DNA of 64,000 bases from Desulfobacterales bacterium (GTDB lineage: Bacteria > Desulfobacterota > Desulfobacteria > Desulfobacterales > JAHDSC01), in assembly GCA_016931455.1 (NCBI GenBank), contig JAFGES010000104.1:2685-66684 (forward strand). Reading direction: 5' to 3'. The notes beneath the pieces are model-generated. The model had not been told where the DNA came from, did not search any database, and saw only the letters and a program-made list of their open reading frames with translations. Shown here piece after piece: positions 38,972 to 50,139 of this stretch (the first letter of the stretch is position 1; every line of letters begins with the position of its first letter). Both the position numbers and the translations under genes were made by a program.

Positions 38972-39562
38972 GTGAAAAGGATCATTCCGGTATTTATTCT
39001 AATATTAATTTATACGACTGCCGGGGCATACGGCCTAGAACCTTTGGAAGAACTTAAAAAACCGATCGATCAAGTGATCGGCATTTTGCGGGACCCCCAA
39101 TACATCGACGATGCTCAAAAGAAATTGCAGCATGATAAAATCTGGAAGATTGTCCGGGGAGTTTTTGATTTTAAAGAAATCGCCAAACGCACGTTGGCTC
39201 GAAACTGGCTGATTTTTACCGTGCAGGAAAGAAAAGAATTTACCGATATATTTGCCGAATTTCTGGGAGACATCTATATTGAAAAAATACAAGGGGAATA
39301 CCACAACGAACAGGTGGTTTATCTAGAGCAGGAAATGATTACGGCTTCCAAGGCAATCGTTAAAACCAAAATCCTTAGGGAAACGCTTGAGATTCCTATG
39401 GACTACCGTATGTTGATGGGAAATGGAAATTGGAAAATTTATGACGTCAATGTCGAAGGGGTCAGCCTTGTCAAGAACTACCGGACTCAATTCAGCGAAA
39501 CCCTCTTAAACGAAACACCTGCACAGCTCATTGAAAGATTGAGAGAAAAGATCAAACGTTAA
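38972..39562 (+). CDS. mlaC: MlaC periplasmic phospholipid shuttle
   Basis: FDF.EIAKR.L..NW, DYRM, WKIYDVNVEGVSLVKNYRTQF. Confidence 0.92.
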   Translation: MKRIIPVFILILIYTTAGAYGLEPLEELKKPIDQVIGILRDPQYIDDAQKKLQHDKIWKIVRGVFDFKEIAKRTLARNWLIFTVQERKEFTDIFAEFLGDIYIEKIQGEYHNEQVVYLEQEMITASKAIVKTKILRETLEIPMDYRMLMGNGNWKIYDVNVEGVSLVKNYRTQFSETLLNETPAQLIERLREKIKR

Positions 39563-39567
39563 AAAGA

Positions 39568-40341
39568 ATGAACCATTCATTTAAACCGATATCATGGATT
39601 TTGGTATTGCTGCTGTTATTTTTATTTTTTGAGGATCTGCAAGCCGCCGGATTTGAAAAAGTTGGGAAAATAGAGGCTGATTTTTCAGATGAAGATCTTG
39701 ATTTTTTAAACGAAGAAATTGAAGAGGAAAGCATACGGGTGGCCGATCCGCTGAGCCTATGGAACCGGGGCATATTTCACTTCAATGATAAATTCTATTT
39801 TTGGGTCTTAAAACCGGTTGCCGATGGATACAAAACGGTCGTGCCGAGCAAAATACGGATAGGAGTGAAAAATTTTTTCCAAAATCTTTTAACGCCGATT
39901 CGGTTTGTAAACTGCATCCTGCAGGGTAAGCGGCATGCAGCCGAAGCGGAGTTTGCGAGATTTCTATGCAATACTACGGTGGGAGTGCTTGGATTTGGAG
40001 ATCCGGCTAAAAAATATTATCCGGCCCTCCAAGCCCCCGAAGAGGACCTGGGCCAGACCCTTGGTGTTTATGGTATCGGTAACGGTATCTATATTATTTG
40101 GCCTTTTTTAGGACCCTCCACACTGCGAGACTCCTTTGGGCTTATTGGAGACCATTTTTTAGATCCGCTTTCTTATGTCAATCCCATTGAATCGTCTTTG
40201 GCGATTAGAGGGTTTGATACCGTTAATGCAACTTCTTTTCGAATCGGTGATTATGAGGCTTTCAAGGAATCGGCCATTAAACCCTATGAAGCTTTTCGAG
40301 ATGCCTACATTCAGATGCGGAAAACAAAGCTGGAAAAATAA
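39568..40341 (+). CDS. mlaA: MlaA/VacJ
   Basis: DPL..WNR..F.FND, NTTVG.LG, EDLGQTLG, PFLGPSTLRD, RDAY. Confidence 0.92.
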   Translation: MNHSFKPISWILVLLLLFLFFEDLQAAGFEKVGKIEADFSDEDLDFLNEEIEEESIRVADPLSLWNRGIFHFNDKFYFWVLKPVADGYKTVVPSKIRIGVKNFFQNLLTPIRFVNCILQGKRHAAEAEFARFLCNTTVGVLGFGDPAKKYYPALQAPEEDLGQTLGVYGIGNGIYIIWPFLGPSTLRDSFGLIGDHFLDPLSYVNPIESSLAIRGFDTVNATSFRIGDYEAFKESAIKPYEAFRDAYIQMRKTKLEK

Positions 40342-40424
40342 TTTCCGGGCTGTTCTTCAGTAAGTTCGGCAAAGAGTGCTGTGGTATCTCGATCTCCGTC
40401 ATCAAAAAAAAACAAGTGGAAGGT

Positions 40425-42089
40425 CTATTTCATTCCAGCTGCCGCCTGAGCGATATTATGCGCATGAGACCGAATATTCTGAAACGCCGTTAGAATATCA
40501 TTAAACAACAGACCGGGTAAGACATCGCATTCCTTGTTGTTGAGCCTCAGAATATGTTCATTTCTAAATCGTTTGATCATCTTCTGGATGGATTTGCCCT
40601 TTGAATCCACCTCATGCAGCAGTGTTTTATTGATTTCGATTCGTTTGGGGAGAGACAATGTCAGATATTCTCTCAGCATCTTATAACTCTCTCTAAGATT
40701 CGCGTTAGCTTCCTCGGAAAATTGAAAACGGAATTCACGCCTTCGAATATTGTATTTGGCCAGCAGTTCACAATAATCGGCAATGGTTTCATATTCATCT
40801 ACAATCCGGAGATACCGCCGGATATCTTCGGCAACGTCGCCCCCGGGCGAACTTTGCAACAAATCGGCGAGAAAATGCGACACTTCCGCCTGGAGCGTAT
40901 CGATAATATTTTCATATTTAAATAGACGTTCCTCCAGGTTCCGATCATTCTTTTCTTCTACCAGCAGTGTCTCGCTCCAGCTGAGCATATCTATGACCAT
41001 AGACGACATCTTTTCAACTTCTTTTTTGGCCTGTTCCATGGCTATCGAGGGAGTGGATATAAACCCGTAATCGATATATTCAAGATGTTTTTCGGCCATA
41101 TCCATCTCACCCGGCACTAACCATGTTGATATCCTGACGAGCCAGCCGGCGCAGGGAACCAATATTAACGTATTAAAAATATTGAATATCGAATGCCCCG
41201 CAGCAATATGAGCGGCAATGTAAGGCTTGGTGCCGTCAGAGCTTACAAAATCCATCCCCCCTGGAACCGCCCAATCCACGATTTTAACGAACCATGGGAA
41301 GAGCAAAATCATATAAAAAACACCGATAATATTAAACAGCGAATGAACGTGGGCTGCTCGTCTGGAATTGATGTTGGTGCCGATTGACGCCAATTCCATC
41401 GTAACCGTCGTTCCGATATTTTCTCCCAACACCAAGGCCGCAGCAGCCGGATAGGTGATCAGCCCCTGATTGGCCAGAGCGATGGTAATGCCGACCGTCG
41501 CGGAACTGGATTGAATGATGATAGTCAATAAAAAACCCGCAAATACACTTCTTAAAATCTGCCAGATGTTATCAGCGCCGAACTGTGCAAAAAAGGGCAG
41601 AAATTCAGAGCTGTTTTTCAACGGGTAAAACGCTGTTTCCATCAGTTTCAGACCAAAGAACAGCATGCCGAAACCGAGCAAAATCTGACCGAAGTTAATG
41701 ACTCTCTTGTTTTTTGAAAACAGATAAAACCCAACACCAATGCCGAGTATTGGAAGGGCGAATCGGGTAATTTTAATAACGATAATCCAGGAGGTAATCG
41801 TTGTGCCGATATTTGCCCCCATGACAATGCCGACCGCCTGAGACAGTTCCATCAGACCTGCGTTAATGAAACCCACCACCATTACCGTGGTGGCGGAACT
41901 CGACTGGATAATGGCGGTGACACTTAGGCCCAATATTACCCCGACGACCCGGTTATTTGTTAAAAAAGAAAAAAACTGTTTAATACGATTTCCGGCAAAC
42001 TGCTGAAGGCCCGAAGACATAGTCTTCATTCCATATAAAAATATTCCCAACCCGCCGATTAGATTAAATAAGATTGTTACCCAATTCAT
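40425..42089 (-). CDS. Na+/phosphate cotransporter with C-terminal PhoU-like domains
   Basis: Two IQSSSAT repeats, GANIGTT and GENIGTT; helical C-terminus. Confidence 0.92.
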   Translation of the reverse strand: MNWVTILFNLIGGLGIFLYGMKTMSSGLQQFAGNRIKQFFSFLTNNRVVGVILGLSVTAIIQSSSATTVMVVGFINAGLMELSQAVGIVMGANIGTTITSWIIVIKITRFALPILGIGVGFYLFSKNKRVINFGQILLGFGMLFFGLKLMETAFYPLKNSSEFLPFFAQFGADNIWQILRSVFAGFLLTIIIQSSSATVGITIALANQGLITYPAAAALVLGENIGTTVTMELASIGTNINSRRAAHVHSLFNIIGVFYMILLFPWFVKIVDWAVPGGMDFVSSDGTKPYIAAHIAAGHSIFNIFNTLILVPCAGWLVRISTWLVPGEMDMAEKHLEYIDYGFISTPSIAMEQAKKEVEKMSSMVIDMLSWSETLLVEEKNDRNLEERLFKYENIIDTLQAEVSHFLADLLQSSPGGDVAEDIRRYLRIVDEYETIADYCELLAKYNIRRREFRFQFSEEANANLRESYKMLREYLTLSLPKRIEINKTLLHEVDSKGKSIQKMIKRFRNEHILRLNNKECDVLPGLLFNDILTAFQNIRSHAHNIAQAAAGMK

Positions 42090-42259
42090 AAGCTATACTT
42101 TATCATCTTTTGCTGAAGTTTTAAAAACGGAGCAAGCAAAATAGACAAGTTTATCAATCAAGCCTAAATTAGTTCCCCCCAATATGAAGGCAAATACAAA
42201 ATGAAGATCCTAATGTCAATCATTCAATTGTTTTATTCACGAATCTGGTGCCTTCGGCT

Positions 42260-43210
42260 CTAATTCGCCGTGGGAAAGAAAAACCTGCTGAATATTGAAA
42301 TAATGGTAGGGATTGTAATCAGAGAAAAAATAAAACCGGCAACCATAAATTGATTCACAATATTGCGGTTGCCCCCTGCGCGCTCAACAACAATCGGCAC
42401 GGCTGTAACTGGCGGCACGACGCTTTGGATAATGAGCATCAGTGCTATGGGGTAGGAAGGCCGGATAAGAATTAGAAAAAACAAGCAGATCAGGGGGAAA
42501 AAAATATTTTTTATCAAAAGAAATTTTATGGTCTCTGAAATGTAAAGTTCACCTTTGCCTTTAAAATCGATATAGATATTGCCGCCCAGGATAATCATAA
42601 GGATGGGTATGGTCATATGCCCTACCATTTTAAGACCGGACAAAACAAACACCGGGATGTAATTCTGGGTTCCGGTCAACCGAATGGCTGTTGCCGATAA
42701 TGTGGCCAGCAGCACTTTATTGAGTATTTTTTTCCAATCCCGCTTTTCATCTCCTTTTTCAAAGAATAAATGATACGTGCCGAAGAACAATGACGGAAAA
42801 AACATCGTGAACAAAAATAAATTAACCGTATGGGGAGAATCGCTTCCGAACATTCCACTGATTATGGTGAGGGGAAAGAAAAGGGCATTCTGAAAAAATA
42901 AGCTGATTGCAAATTCCCGGCGGATGTTTTTTCTGCATGTCAGACTAAACAAAGCCGTCAAGACACCGATAAACAGGGTAAATCCCAGCCACCAAAGAGG
43001 AAGCATCCACCACGTGGGAAAATTCGCCGGGTCGAAGTTATCAATGATATTTACGAATATCAGACTGGGCAGGGCAATATCAAGAGCTAGAGTGGAAAGA
43101 AAATTTAAAGCGATTATCGGCAGGATTCTACGGCTGATGATCCAGAACCCTAAAATTCCAATGACTAAAAGTACGGCAACCGATTGGAAAGTGGAAAAAA
43201 ATATATCCAA
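42260..43210 (-). CDS. AEC (auxin efflux carrier) family transporter
   Basis: About 10 TMs; ALPSLIF, FQNA.F.PL, IP..MIILG, PP.TA. Confidence 0.8.
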   Translation of the reverse strand: MDIFFSTFQSVAVLLVIGILGFWIISRRILPIIALNFLSTLALDIALPSLIFVNIIDNFDPANFPTWWMLPLWWLGFTLFIGVLTALFSLTCRKNIRREFAISLFFQNALFFPLTIISGMFGSDSPHTVNLFLFTMFFPSLFFGTYHLFFEKGDEKRDWKKILNKVLLATLSATAIRLTGTQNYIPVFVLSGLKMVGHMTIPILMIILGGNIYIDFKGKGELYISETIKFLLIKNIFFPLICLFFLILIRPSYPIALMLIIQSVVPPVTAVPIVVERAGGNRNIVNQFMVAGFIFSLITIPTIISIFSRFFFPTAN

Positions 43211-43407
43211 TTGGGTTTCTCCACAAGCAGTAAAAGAAGAAATTTTTGAGGCCTATCAGTAAGATATATTGATACATTCACGAAAAGAAATCAAAGAAAA
43301 TTTAAATGCTGATAAAAATTAGTTGACTGATGATCCGATTTTCCTGCAAATATAGAAGCTGATATCAGGTTTTAAATTCATTGGAGTATGAGGAAATGGA
43401 GTAGGAA

Positions 43408-43893
43408 ATGACGAAAAAGAAAAATGATTCGGATATGAAAAAAGAAGAGATACGTCGATTTGCCGATCAAATAACACCTAAAAACTGGAATGTGGTGTTA
43501 CATCCGAAAGATGATAAATTATCGGCAAATATTTTAAACATTCTTCTACGTATTCAGGATTCGGATTATCCTGATTCCGCGGATACAGCCGCTAAAGCCG
43601 TATTAAGCGGCGGCATACTGTTTTCAAATCTCAAAGATATTGGAATTGATCAAAAAGGCAGTGTTGCTCAAGTCGTGCTCCAGCTATGGCCGCGCTCCGG
43701 AGACTGGAAAGCGGCCTTAATTCATGAATTGGCCCGGGTAGCGGTTTACAGGTGTTTGGCTTTTCGAATGAAAACTTACAAGGACGAGCCCCGCATGACA
43801 TTGCCGGAGGCGGATAATGAGCTGGAGCCGCATGGTGTTACATTTGAAAAAGCGCTTTCAATTATGAAAAAAAGAAGTCGCAAGATCAGCTAA
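43408..43893 (+). CDS. Hypothetical protein with degenerate SprT/zincin-like motif
   Basis: LIHELAR (HExxH with the second His replaced by Arg) and downstream PHG..F. Confidence 0.5.
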   Translation: MTKKKNDSDMKKEEIRRFADQITPKNWNVVLHPKDDKLSANILNILLRIQDSDYPDSADTAAKAVLSGGILFSNLKDIGIDQKGSVAQVVLQLWPRSGDWKAALIHELARVAVYRCLAFRMKTYKDEPRMTLPEADNELEPHGVTFEKALSIMKKRSRKIS

Positions 43894-43933
43894 CTCTCTC
43901 GATTATAACTTTTTACGAGTTCTTCAAATTTAA

Positions 43934-45142
43934 ATGACTGCTCTATTTGATACTGAATCCAATCTAAATACCCATGCAAATCAGCCGAAATTTAAGGCGC
44001 AATTGGCACCGCTGGTTTTATTGACGGGAATCTTTTATTTAAACTTCATAGCGAGAATCATTCCGGCACCGTTGATGCCGACGATTGAAAAAGAAACCGG
44101 TGTCGGCCATGGTGAAGCCGGCACTATTTTTCTTATGATATCAATTGGATATTTCATATCTCTTATAGGCGCAGGCATTTTGTCCTCACGGTTGATGCAT
44201 CGAAAGACCATCATCTTTTCCGCGGTTGCCGTTGGAATCGCCTGCTTGGGGATCTCTTTCAGCCACATGATGGGCATCATTCGTGCCGGATTTCTAGTAT
44301 TGGGATTGGGAGCGGGTTTGTATCTTCCGTCGGGTATTGCGACCTTGACGGATTTGATCCATACTAAAGACTGGGGTAAGGCAATAGCCGTTCATGAACT
44401 GGCGCCCAACTTAGCTTTTGTCAGCGCGCCCTTATTATCGGAAGCATTTTTACACTGGTTTTCCTGGCGCCAAATTCTGGCTCTGCTGGGCATTATGTCT
44501 CTATTGGGTGCCGCGACGGTTGCGTGGTTCGGCCGGGGAGGGGAGTTTCCCGGAGAATCTCCCAATTTTAAATCTCTGCGTCTGCTTTTGTCCGAACCGG
44601 GATTCTGGATTATGATCGGTCTGTTCAGCCTGGGAATTTCCGCTACCATGGGGATTTATGCCATGCTGCCGGTTTATTTGGTCGCCGAACGGGGTATTGA
44701 TCAGAATTTGGCCAATACTTTGGTGGCAATCTCGCGGATTTTGACTCTCGGGGTGGTATTTATTTCAGGTTGGGCCACGGATCGTTTCGGCATCAAACCG
44801 ATGATGGCCGTCAGCCTTATTTTTACGGGTTTAATGACGATTCTTTTGGGCATCGTTCCGAAAGAGTGGATCGTCATGATTGTTTTTCTCCAGCCGGTAC
44901 TGGCGGTTTGCTTTTTTCCGGCCGGTTTTGCCGCATTGTCAAGCATCGGACCTGCCGGTGCAAGAAACACAACGGTTTCCTTCACCGTTCCGGCGGCTTT
45001 CCTATTGGGGGGCGGCGCGATTCCGACCGTAATCGGGATGATGGGGGATGCCGGCCTTTTTTCATTGGCTATGGTTTTAACCGGAGGGTTCATTTTGACC
45101 GGTTCAATCTCCTTATGTTGGTTAAAGTTACCCGCAAGATAA
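43934..45142 (+). CDS. MFS transporter
   Basis: About 12 TMs; GWATDRFG motif A in the second half. Confidence 0.9.
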   Translation: MTALFDTESNLNTHANQPKFKAQLAPLVLLTGIFYLNFIARIIPAPLMPTIEKETGVGHGEAGTIFLMISIGYFISLIGAGILSSRLMHRKTIIFSAVAVGIACLGISFSHMMGIIRAGFLVLGLGAGLYLPSGIATLTDLIHTKDWGKAIAVHELAPNLAFVSAPLLSEAFLHWFSWRQILALLGIMSLLGAATVAWFGRGGEFPGESPNFKSLRLLLSEPGFWIMIGLFSLGISATMGIYAMLPVYLVAERGIDQNLANTLVAISRILTLGVVFISGWATDRFGIKPMMAVSLIFTGLMTILLGIVPKEWIVMIVFLQPVLAVCFFPAGFAALSSIGPAGARNTTVSFTVPAAFLLGGGAIPTVIGMMGDAGLFSLAMVLTGGFILTGSISLCWLKLPAR

Positions 45143-45175
45143 ACAGCGAAGATTTCAACAATGCATTCAAAATTT
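45064..45175 (+). repeat. Direct repeat copy 1 (MFS 3' end plus start of the phosphatase gene)
   Basis: 112 bp with 8 mismatches (counted by eye) against 60055-60166. Confidence 0.9.
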
Positions 45176-47566
45176 TCCCATTTCTACTTGACCTTTTACC
45201 GACTTTTTTAGGGATTTGGATTTAAACTGAGTAGATATACATTTTGTTTCATTTAGGGTCGTTATCATTTTTCCGACTACAATACATACCAAATCATCAA
45301 CAACAGATTGCATTCGGGCAACTTGTGCATTCATGCTTTCCGAAGCTGATGCCAATTGCTCTGCATCTGCAGCCCGATTCATAGTTGCATGATCCATATC
45401 GGCCATGGCATTATTCACGTGCTCAATTGTCTCGGCCTGTTCATTGGAAGCCACAGAAATTTCGTGCATTAATTCATCCATTCGTAAGGTTTCTTCAGAT
45501 GCCTGAGAAAAAGTTTGGTTTGCATTTTTTGATAACTCCATACCATCATTAACTTTTTCAATATTATCCTTGATGATTTTTGCGGTTGTTTTTGCAGCTT
45601 GTGTGGTCTGTAGTGCCAGGTTTCTGATTTCCTCGGCAACCACCCCGAAACCGGCACCGATTTCACCGGCTCTCGCAGCTTCGACAGCGGCATTTACGGC
45701 GAGCAAATTGGTTTGAAATGCAATATCATCAATGGTCTTGATAATCTTTGAGGTCTCTTCACTTGCATCTGAAATATGCTCCATGGAAAGGGTCAGCCTA
45801 TGCATGGTTTCCTGTACATCGACAACCACTTGACGGGTTTTTTTCATGAGCCGATTCGCTATATCGGCATGGTTTGCATTGTTTTTGGTCATCGAGGATA
45901 TTTCCTCAATGGAAGAAGATATCTCTTCAATAGTTGCGGCCTGATTAGATGTTGCTTTTGCCAGCGATTTACTGGAATCAGATACCTGAGAGGCAGCATG
46001 AGCGACTTGTTTGCTCGTCTCAGACAGTGTATTTGATGCTTTGCGAAGCAAAGATGATATTGTTATAAAAATGACAAAGCCGATAAAAACGGCAAGACCG
46101 GCTGCCAAACCGAGTCCGATCAACATGCGGTGTTTTGTTTGAACGGCTGATATCAGGACGGCATCGTCTGTTGTGCGATAATCATTACAAAATGCTTTCA
46201 TTTTTCGTATCAGCCCAAGGGCTTCCAAAGAACTCGGCTTTACTTCCTGATTAAAGATGGCATTTGCTCTTGAGGCGGCTTCTCTCCGATTTTTTTCAAA
46301 TTCGATCAGTTGATCGAGTTGTTGATTGATCATCTTTATTTCGTCTGCAAATCGACCTTGATGGCTTTTTTTGGCACCTTCGATATTCATTTCATTGATT
46401 TGGTTTTCAATCCAATTAATAGTATCATTGAGGCGTTCATAGACATTTCCAGCCTTGTCTAAATCAGCTTTCAATTCAGGAAATTCTTCAAGGATTTTAA
46501 TGGTTTCTTTATCATGAACGAATTGATTAAAGCTTTTTTGGGTTGAATCGATAAAGGATTCCAAAGATATGGCTTTGCCTTCGGTTAAGGATTCAATTCT
46601 CTTTAACAAGTTCTCATCTTGGGTATCCAAATATACACCCGTTCCGACGATCCAATACCATGGATCGAAATACTCCACATAAGATAACTTTAAGGTCGGT
46701 TTTTCCCCATCATATTTCGGCCAATAATATGTCAGAAAACCTCCTCCTTTCTCCTTTGCGATTTTAACCATTTCAAGTAATATCTTTTTCCCGGTCTTAT
46801 CTTTGAAATCGCTCATATCCTCATCATTCATTTCGGGATGGTAAGGATGCATCACCATTCTTTGCGCCGTGTTACTGATCCAGAAGTGATCCTTACCTTC
46901 CGGGCCGTATCGCAGATTCTTTATGATGGACATTGCAATCATTTGTCGCTGCTCCTCTGAATCTCCAAGACTGGGCTCCCGATTACAGGACTTCAATATG
47001 GTCATAGCCTGTTGTACACTATTTTGAAGAAGTGTTTTGACGGCATACAAACCGCCCGCTTCTTCCTCAATTGAATGGGCGATATTACTTAAGAGCAAGT
47101 GATTCTTATCTTTTAAACCATCCAGCTTATCGATCAACCCCGGATGAGTGCTTTGAAAGGTCTGTACTATCTTTGCAACAGATTCTTGAAGTTTTTGATC
47201 TGATTTTTCAAAAGCATTGAAAAGTGGGATGAGGCTTGAAATCTGATTTTCCGTTTCTCGGCGCAAGATCTGATATTCTTTTTGCTTTAAAAAGGAAACG
47301 CCGTTTTGAATGTTTTCTAATTTGACGCCGTTTTTATCGGATGTACCTGCCATTAATCCGCCTACTTGATTGATCCATGAGAGGTGCTCCAGTTCCAATT
47401 GATTCAGGGCGCCGCTTATTTTGTTACTCCAAATGGCATCTTCAGATTTTTTTGCAATATCTATGACTCCCATGTAGGTTAAACCACCGACACCGGATAA
47501 TAATAAAATCAGCAAACCGAATCCCGCCATAATTTTTTTCCCAATGCTCCAATACTGAAATCTCAT
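45167..47566 (-). CDS. Methyl-accepting chemotaxis protein with sCache_2 and degenerate CZB-like domains
   Basis: [21 protein letters not shown]; Cache motifs [25 protein letters not shown]; start at ATG 47566 after AAGGAG. Confidence 0.9.
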   Translation of the reverse strand: MRFQYWSIGKKIMAGFGLLILLLSGVGGLTYMGVIDIAKKSEDAIWSNKISGALNQLELEHLSWINQVGGLMAGTSDKNGVKLENIQNGVSFLKQKEYQILRRETENQISSLIPLFNAFEKSDQKLQESVAKIVQTFQSTHPGLIDKLDGLKDKNHLLLSNIAHSIEEEAGGLYAVKTLLQNSVQQAMTILKSCNREPSLGDSEEQRQMIAMSIIKNLRYGPEGKDHFWISNTAQRMVMHPYHPEMNDEDMSDFKDKTGKKILLEMVKIAKEKGGGFLTYYWPKYDGEKPTLKLSYVEYFDPWYWIVGTGVYLDTQDENLLKRIESLTEGKAISLESFIDSTQKSFNQFVHDKETIKILEEFPELKADLDKAGNVYERLNDTINWIENQINEMNIEGAKKSHQGRFADEIKMINQQLDQLIEFEKNRREAASRANAIFNQEVKPSSLEALGLIRKMKAFCNDYRTTDDAVLISAVQTKHRMLIGLGLAAGLAVFIGFVIFITISSLLRKASNTLSETSKQVAHAASQVSDSSKSLAKATSNQAATIEEISSSIEEISSMTKNNANHADIANRLMKKTRQVVVDVQETMHRLTLSMEHISDASEETSKIIKTIDDIAFQTNLLAVNAAVEAARAGEIGAGFGVVAEEIRNLALQTTQAAKTTAKIIKDNIEKVNDGMELSKNANQTFSQASEETLRMDELMHEISVASNEQAETIEHVNNAMADMDHATMNRAADAEQLASASESMNAQVARMQSVVDDLVCIVVGKMITTLNETKCISTQFKSKSLKKSVKGQVEMGKF

Positions 47567-47816
47567 TACGAGGCTCCTTTTTCTTTTTTTAATATTACGC
47601 CGGTCGCTTATAATAAACGGCGTTTTCAAAAGGCTGAAATCGGCCGGATATGTTAGAAAAAAGTTAGGAATTGATTAATTTTTAATTAATTAAATCTTTC
47701 GATAGGCATTTATTCCAACCCTAACTATTTTCTTACATTAGGGTGTTATCTTATCGAAAGCTTCTTGTGGGAGTAGTGATAGTACGGAAATAAAGTTTTA
47801 TACTCCATTTTATTCA

Positions 47817-48317
47817 ATGAAAGGATCATACTTTATGTACTCAAGAGATAAGAACCTTTTCAGGCAACTAGGTTTTTGTAATCCTCTTTGGTCCCTAGCA
47901 ATCATCGCTTTTTTGATTCCATTTAGCGCCTGCGCTTTGCAAATGGAAAAGCCCCCCTTTGATGCAAGGAACTGCCTTGAAAATGTCCCCCGACATGTCG
48001 AAGGACTGAAAATCCTTTCAGGTCCCCGCTCCGAACGAAGCATCATTTGTGACATGCGACAGGCGGTCTGTAACGGGCAGGTACTTTTTGAACATTTTCA
48101 GGCGAAGGACAAAACTTTGCAGTCGGGACGAGTGGTTTTCCGGGTACTTGTGGAATATACCGGTGAAGTCTACAGTGTTACGGTTGAAGACAATACAATT
48201 AAATCCGGTGAACTTCTCTACAGGGTTTCACAATTTATCATGGGAACAGATTTCATTTTTTGGGGTGGAGATGATTCCGAGACTATATTTTTGTATCCAA
48301 TGCAGTTTGGTTATTAG
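47817..48317 (+). CDS. Putative lipoprotein with TonB-C/AgmX-like domain
   Basis: Lipobox-like FSAC; RS..SI...GRVVFRVLVEYTGEV..V.V pattern. Confidence 0.55.
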   Translation: MKGSYFMYSRDKNLFRQLGFCNPLWSLAIIAFLIPFSACALQMEKPPFDARNCLENVPRHVEGLKILSGPRSERSIICDMRQAVCNGQVLFEHFQAKDKTLQSGRVVFRVLVEYTGEVYSVTVEDNTIKSGELLYRVSQFIMGTDFIFWGGDDSETIFLYPMQFGY

Positions 48318-48331
48318 GATAGAAATTTAAA

Positions 48332-48357
48332 GGGAGACACTCTTGCAGGTGTCTCCC
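48332..48357. terminator. Hairpin between convergent genes (likely bidirectional terminator)
   Basis: GGGAGACAC-N8-GTGTCTCCC. Confidence 0.7.
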
Positions 48358-48390
48358 CGTTTATTTTAAAAAGCGGTTGAATGGATGGTA

Positions 48391-50103
48391 CTATTGCATC
48401 AGACCCAGCAGCGACACGGCTTTTTGGGAAACATAAACCTCACCGGTCACCGGTGCATATATGGTGAGGCCGGGAAGCTTGATTTTTCTATTCTTGTAGG
48501 TCATATAGTCTTTATTGATGGGAAACTCTGCGCCCCTTACCTTTAGTACGAGGTTTCCGGTAAGACCGTAATCATTTATGCTTAAGTCTCCAACAATTTC
48601 ATAATCATTGGTGATCGTGCTGATACCAACATAAAGGCGGTGGGAGATTCGGTCAAGATCCGTATTCATGGCATCCGCCGCGATAGTTGCAAGCTGCGTG
48701 TCATCGATAATTCCCTTGGAAACTTCGGCGCCATAAGACCAGAGGGGGACGGTTTCACCATTATGCCCGTGGGTGGTCCATCCGATCACCGTGTAGTATT
48801 TGCTGATGATGTAAGAAATGGCATAATCTAGGCTCACACCGGCAGCAGCCTGATAGTTTAGGATTTCCTGCGCTTGTTCTTCGGTGATGTCGAGGGACCA
48901 GAATTTAGAAATTTTTAATTGGATATTTGCCGCCGAATCATCGCCTTCCATCATTTTTACGAGACCTGCCGAGGTAATCTTCATTCCTTTAAGGGGATCA
49001 ACGAGATCTTCGATTTTTGTTTTCGTATAACCCATCGGTGTATAGTAATGACCGATTTTCATTCCTCCGGTGTTGTGATCGGGAAATGCCAATACGAGAG
49101 TATGTCCATCCCGATCGGCAAAATCACAAGCGATCTTTACAGCCTCGTCAAAGGCCAGAAAATCCGTGACCATATAAATAGGATCGTTGGCATGACCGGC
49201 CCAGTCAACCTGGGAACCTTCAACGTGCAGGAAGAAGCCGTCCCGGTCCTGAGACAGAAGCTCTATGGCTTTGGCGGTCATTTCAGCAAGGGAGGGCTGA
49301 TGTTTGGCAAAATATTGACGATCGATATCCGGCTCCATATGACTGTCATCAAAGAGTCCCCAGACCTTCCCACCACTTTGCGCCTGCATATCCTCCGTAT
49401 TGTCCACGAAAGCGTAACCGCGATCGCGAAGAATTTGAATGAGGTCATCACCGTCGGTGCGTTTTCCTTTCCAGACATCGCCAAAAGTGGTTGTATAGTA
49501 ACTATCTTCAGGGATCAGATGACGGGCGCCGCCGCCGAATACCACATCAATGTTGTTGTAGACCATTTGCTCCGTGATATCATTGTCCCAAGCCCGGCTG
49601 GAAACATGGCTTGCGAAACCGGCCGGCGTGGCATGACTGATACGGCAGGTCACGACAATACCAGTTGCCATGCCTTTAATTTTAGCGGCTTCCAAAACAC
49701 TGGCAATCGGTGTGTAGGGATCGGCGGTAGGTTCATAACCGCTTAGAAGCCCCTCAAGGCTGGGACCGACCCCGACAAAACCATCCGAGGTTTTATGGCC
49801 GCAAGCAAAGGCCGTTGCAGCAGCGGCGGAGTCGGTGATAATCGAATCGGCCATGTGTGTTTTTACACCACCGCCTTGCATTTTGTCCAACTGCAGGTTT
49901 TCACCCTTGAACCACCGGGCCACGGTCTGCACCGTTTCATCGCAGCCGTCGGGTACCATGATGATCACATTTTTAATCCCCAAATGACGGAGTTTTTCAC
50001 GCATTTTCAAACCGTCTAAAGCCCACACGACGCTTGTTGCAAATAAGGTGATGCTAAGAGCGGCAATTAATACCTTCACATTTTTTTTCCATTTATTATA
50101 CAT
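48391..50103 (-). CDS. phoA: Alkaline phosphatase (PhoA family)
   Basis: Signal peptide; PDG, TDSAAAATA, HATPA, EGSQVDWAGHAND, DHNTGG. Confidence 0.93.
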   Translation of the reverse strand: MYNKWKKNVKVLIAALSITLFATSVVWALDGLKMREKLRHLGIKNVIIMVPDGCDETVQTVARWFKGENLQLDKMQGGGVKTHMADSIITDSAAAATAFACGHKTSDGFVGVGPSLEGLLSGYEPTADPYTPIASVLEAAKIKGMATGIVVTCRISHATPAGFASHVSSRAWDNDITEQMVYNNIDVVFGGGARHLIPEDSYYTTTFGDVWKGKRTDGDDLIQILRDRGYAFVDNTEDMQAQSGGKVWGLFDDSHMEPDIDRQYFAKHQPSLAEMTAKAIELLSQDRDGFFLHVEGSQVDWAGHANDPIYMVTDFLAFDEAVKIACDFADRDGHTLVLAFPDHNTGGMKIGHYYTPMGYTKTKIEDLVDPLKGMKITSAGLVKMMEGDDSAANIQLKISKFWSLDITEEQAQEILNYQAAAGVSLDYAISYIISKYYTVIGWTTHGHNGETVPLWSYGAEVSKGIIDDTQLATIAADAMNTDLDRISHRLYVGISTITNDYEIVGDLSINDYGLTGNLVLKVRGAEFPINKDYMTYKNRKIKLPGLTIYAPVTGEVYVSQKAVSLLGLMQ

Positions 50104-50139
50104 TGAATTGATCCTCCTGGTTTAGCATTAATTTTAGCA

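Noticed and set aside
42090-42259. Pho box upstream of the Na/Pi cotransporter
   Set aside because: No 11-bp-phased array found by eye
48919-49746. 275-aa plus-strand ORF
   Set aside because: Antisense shadow of alkaline phosphatase with no recognisable motifs
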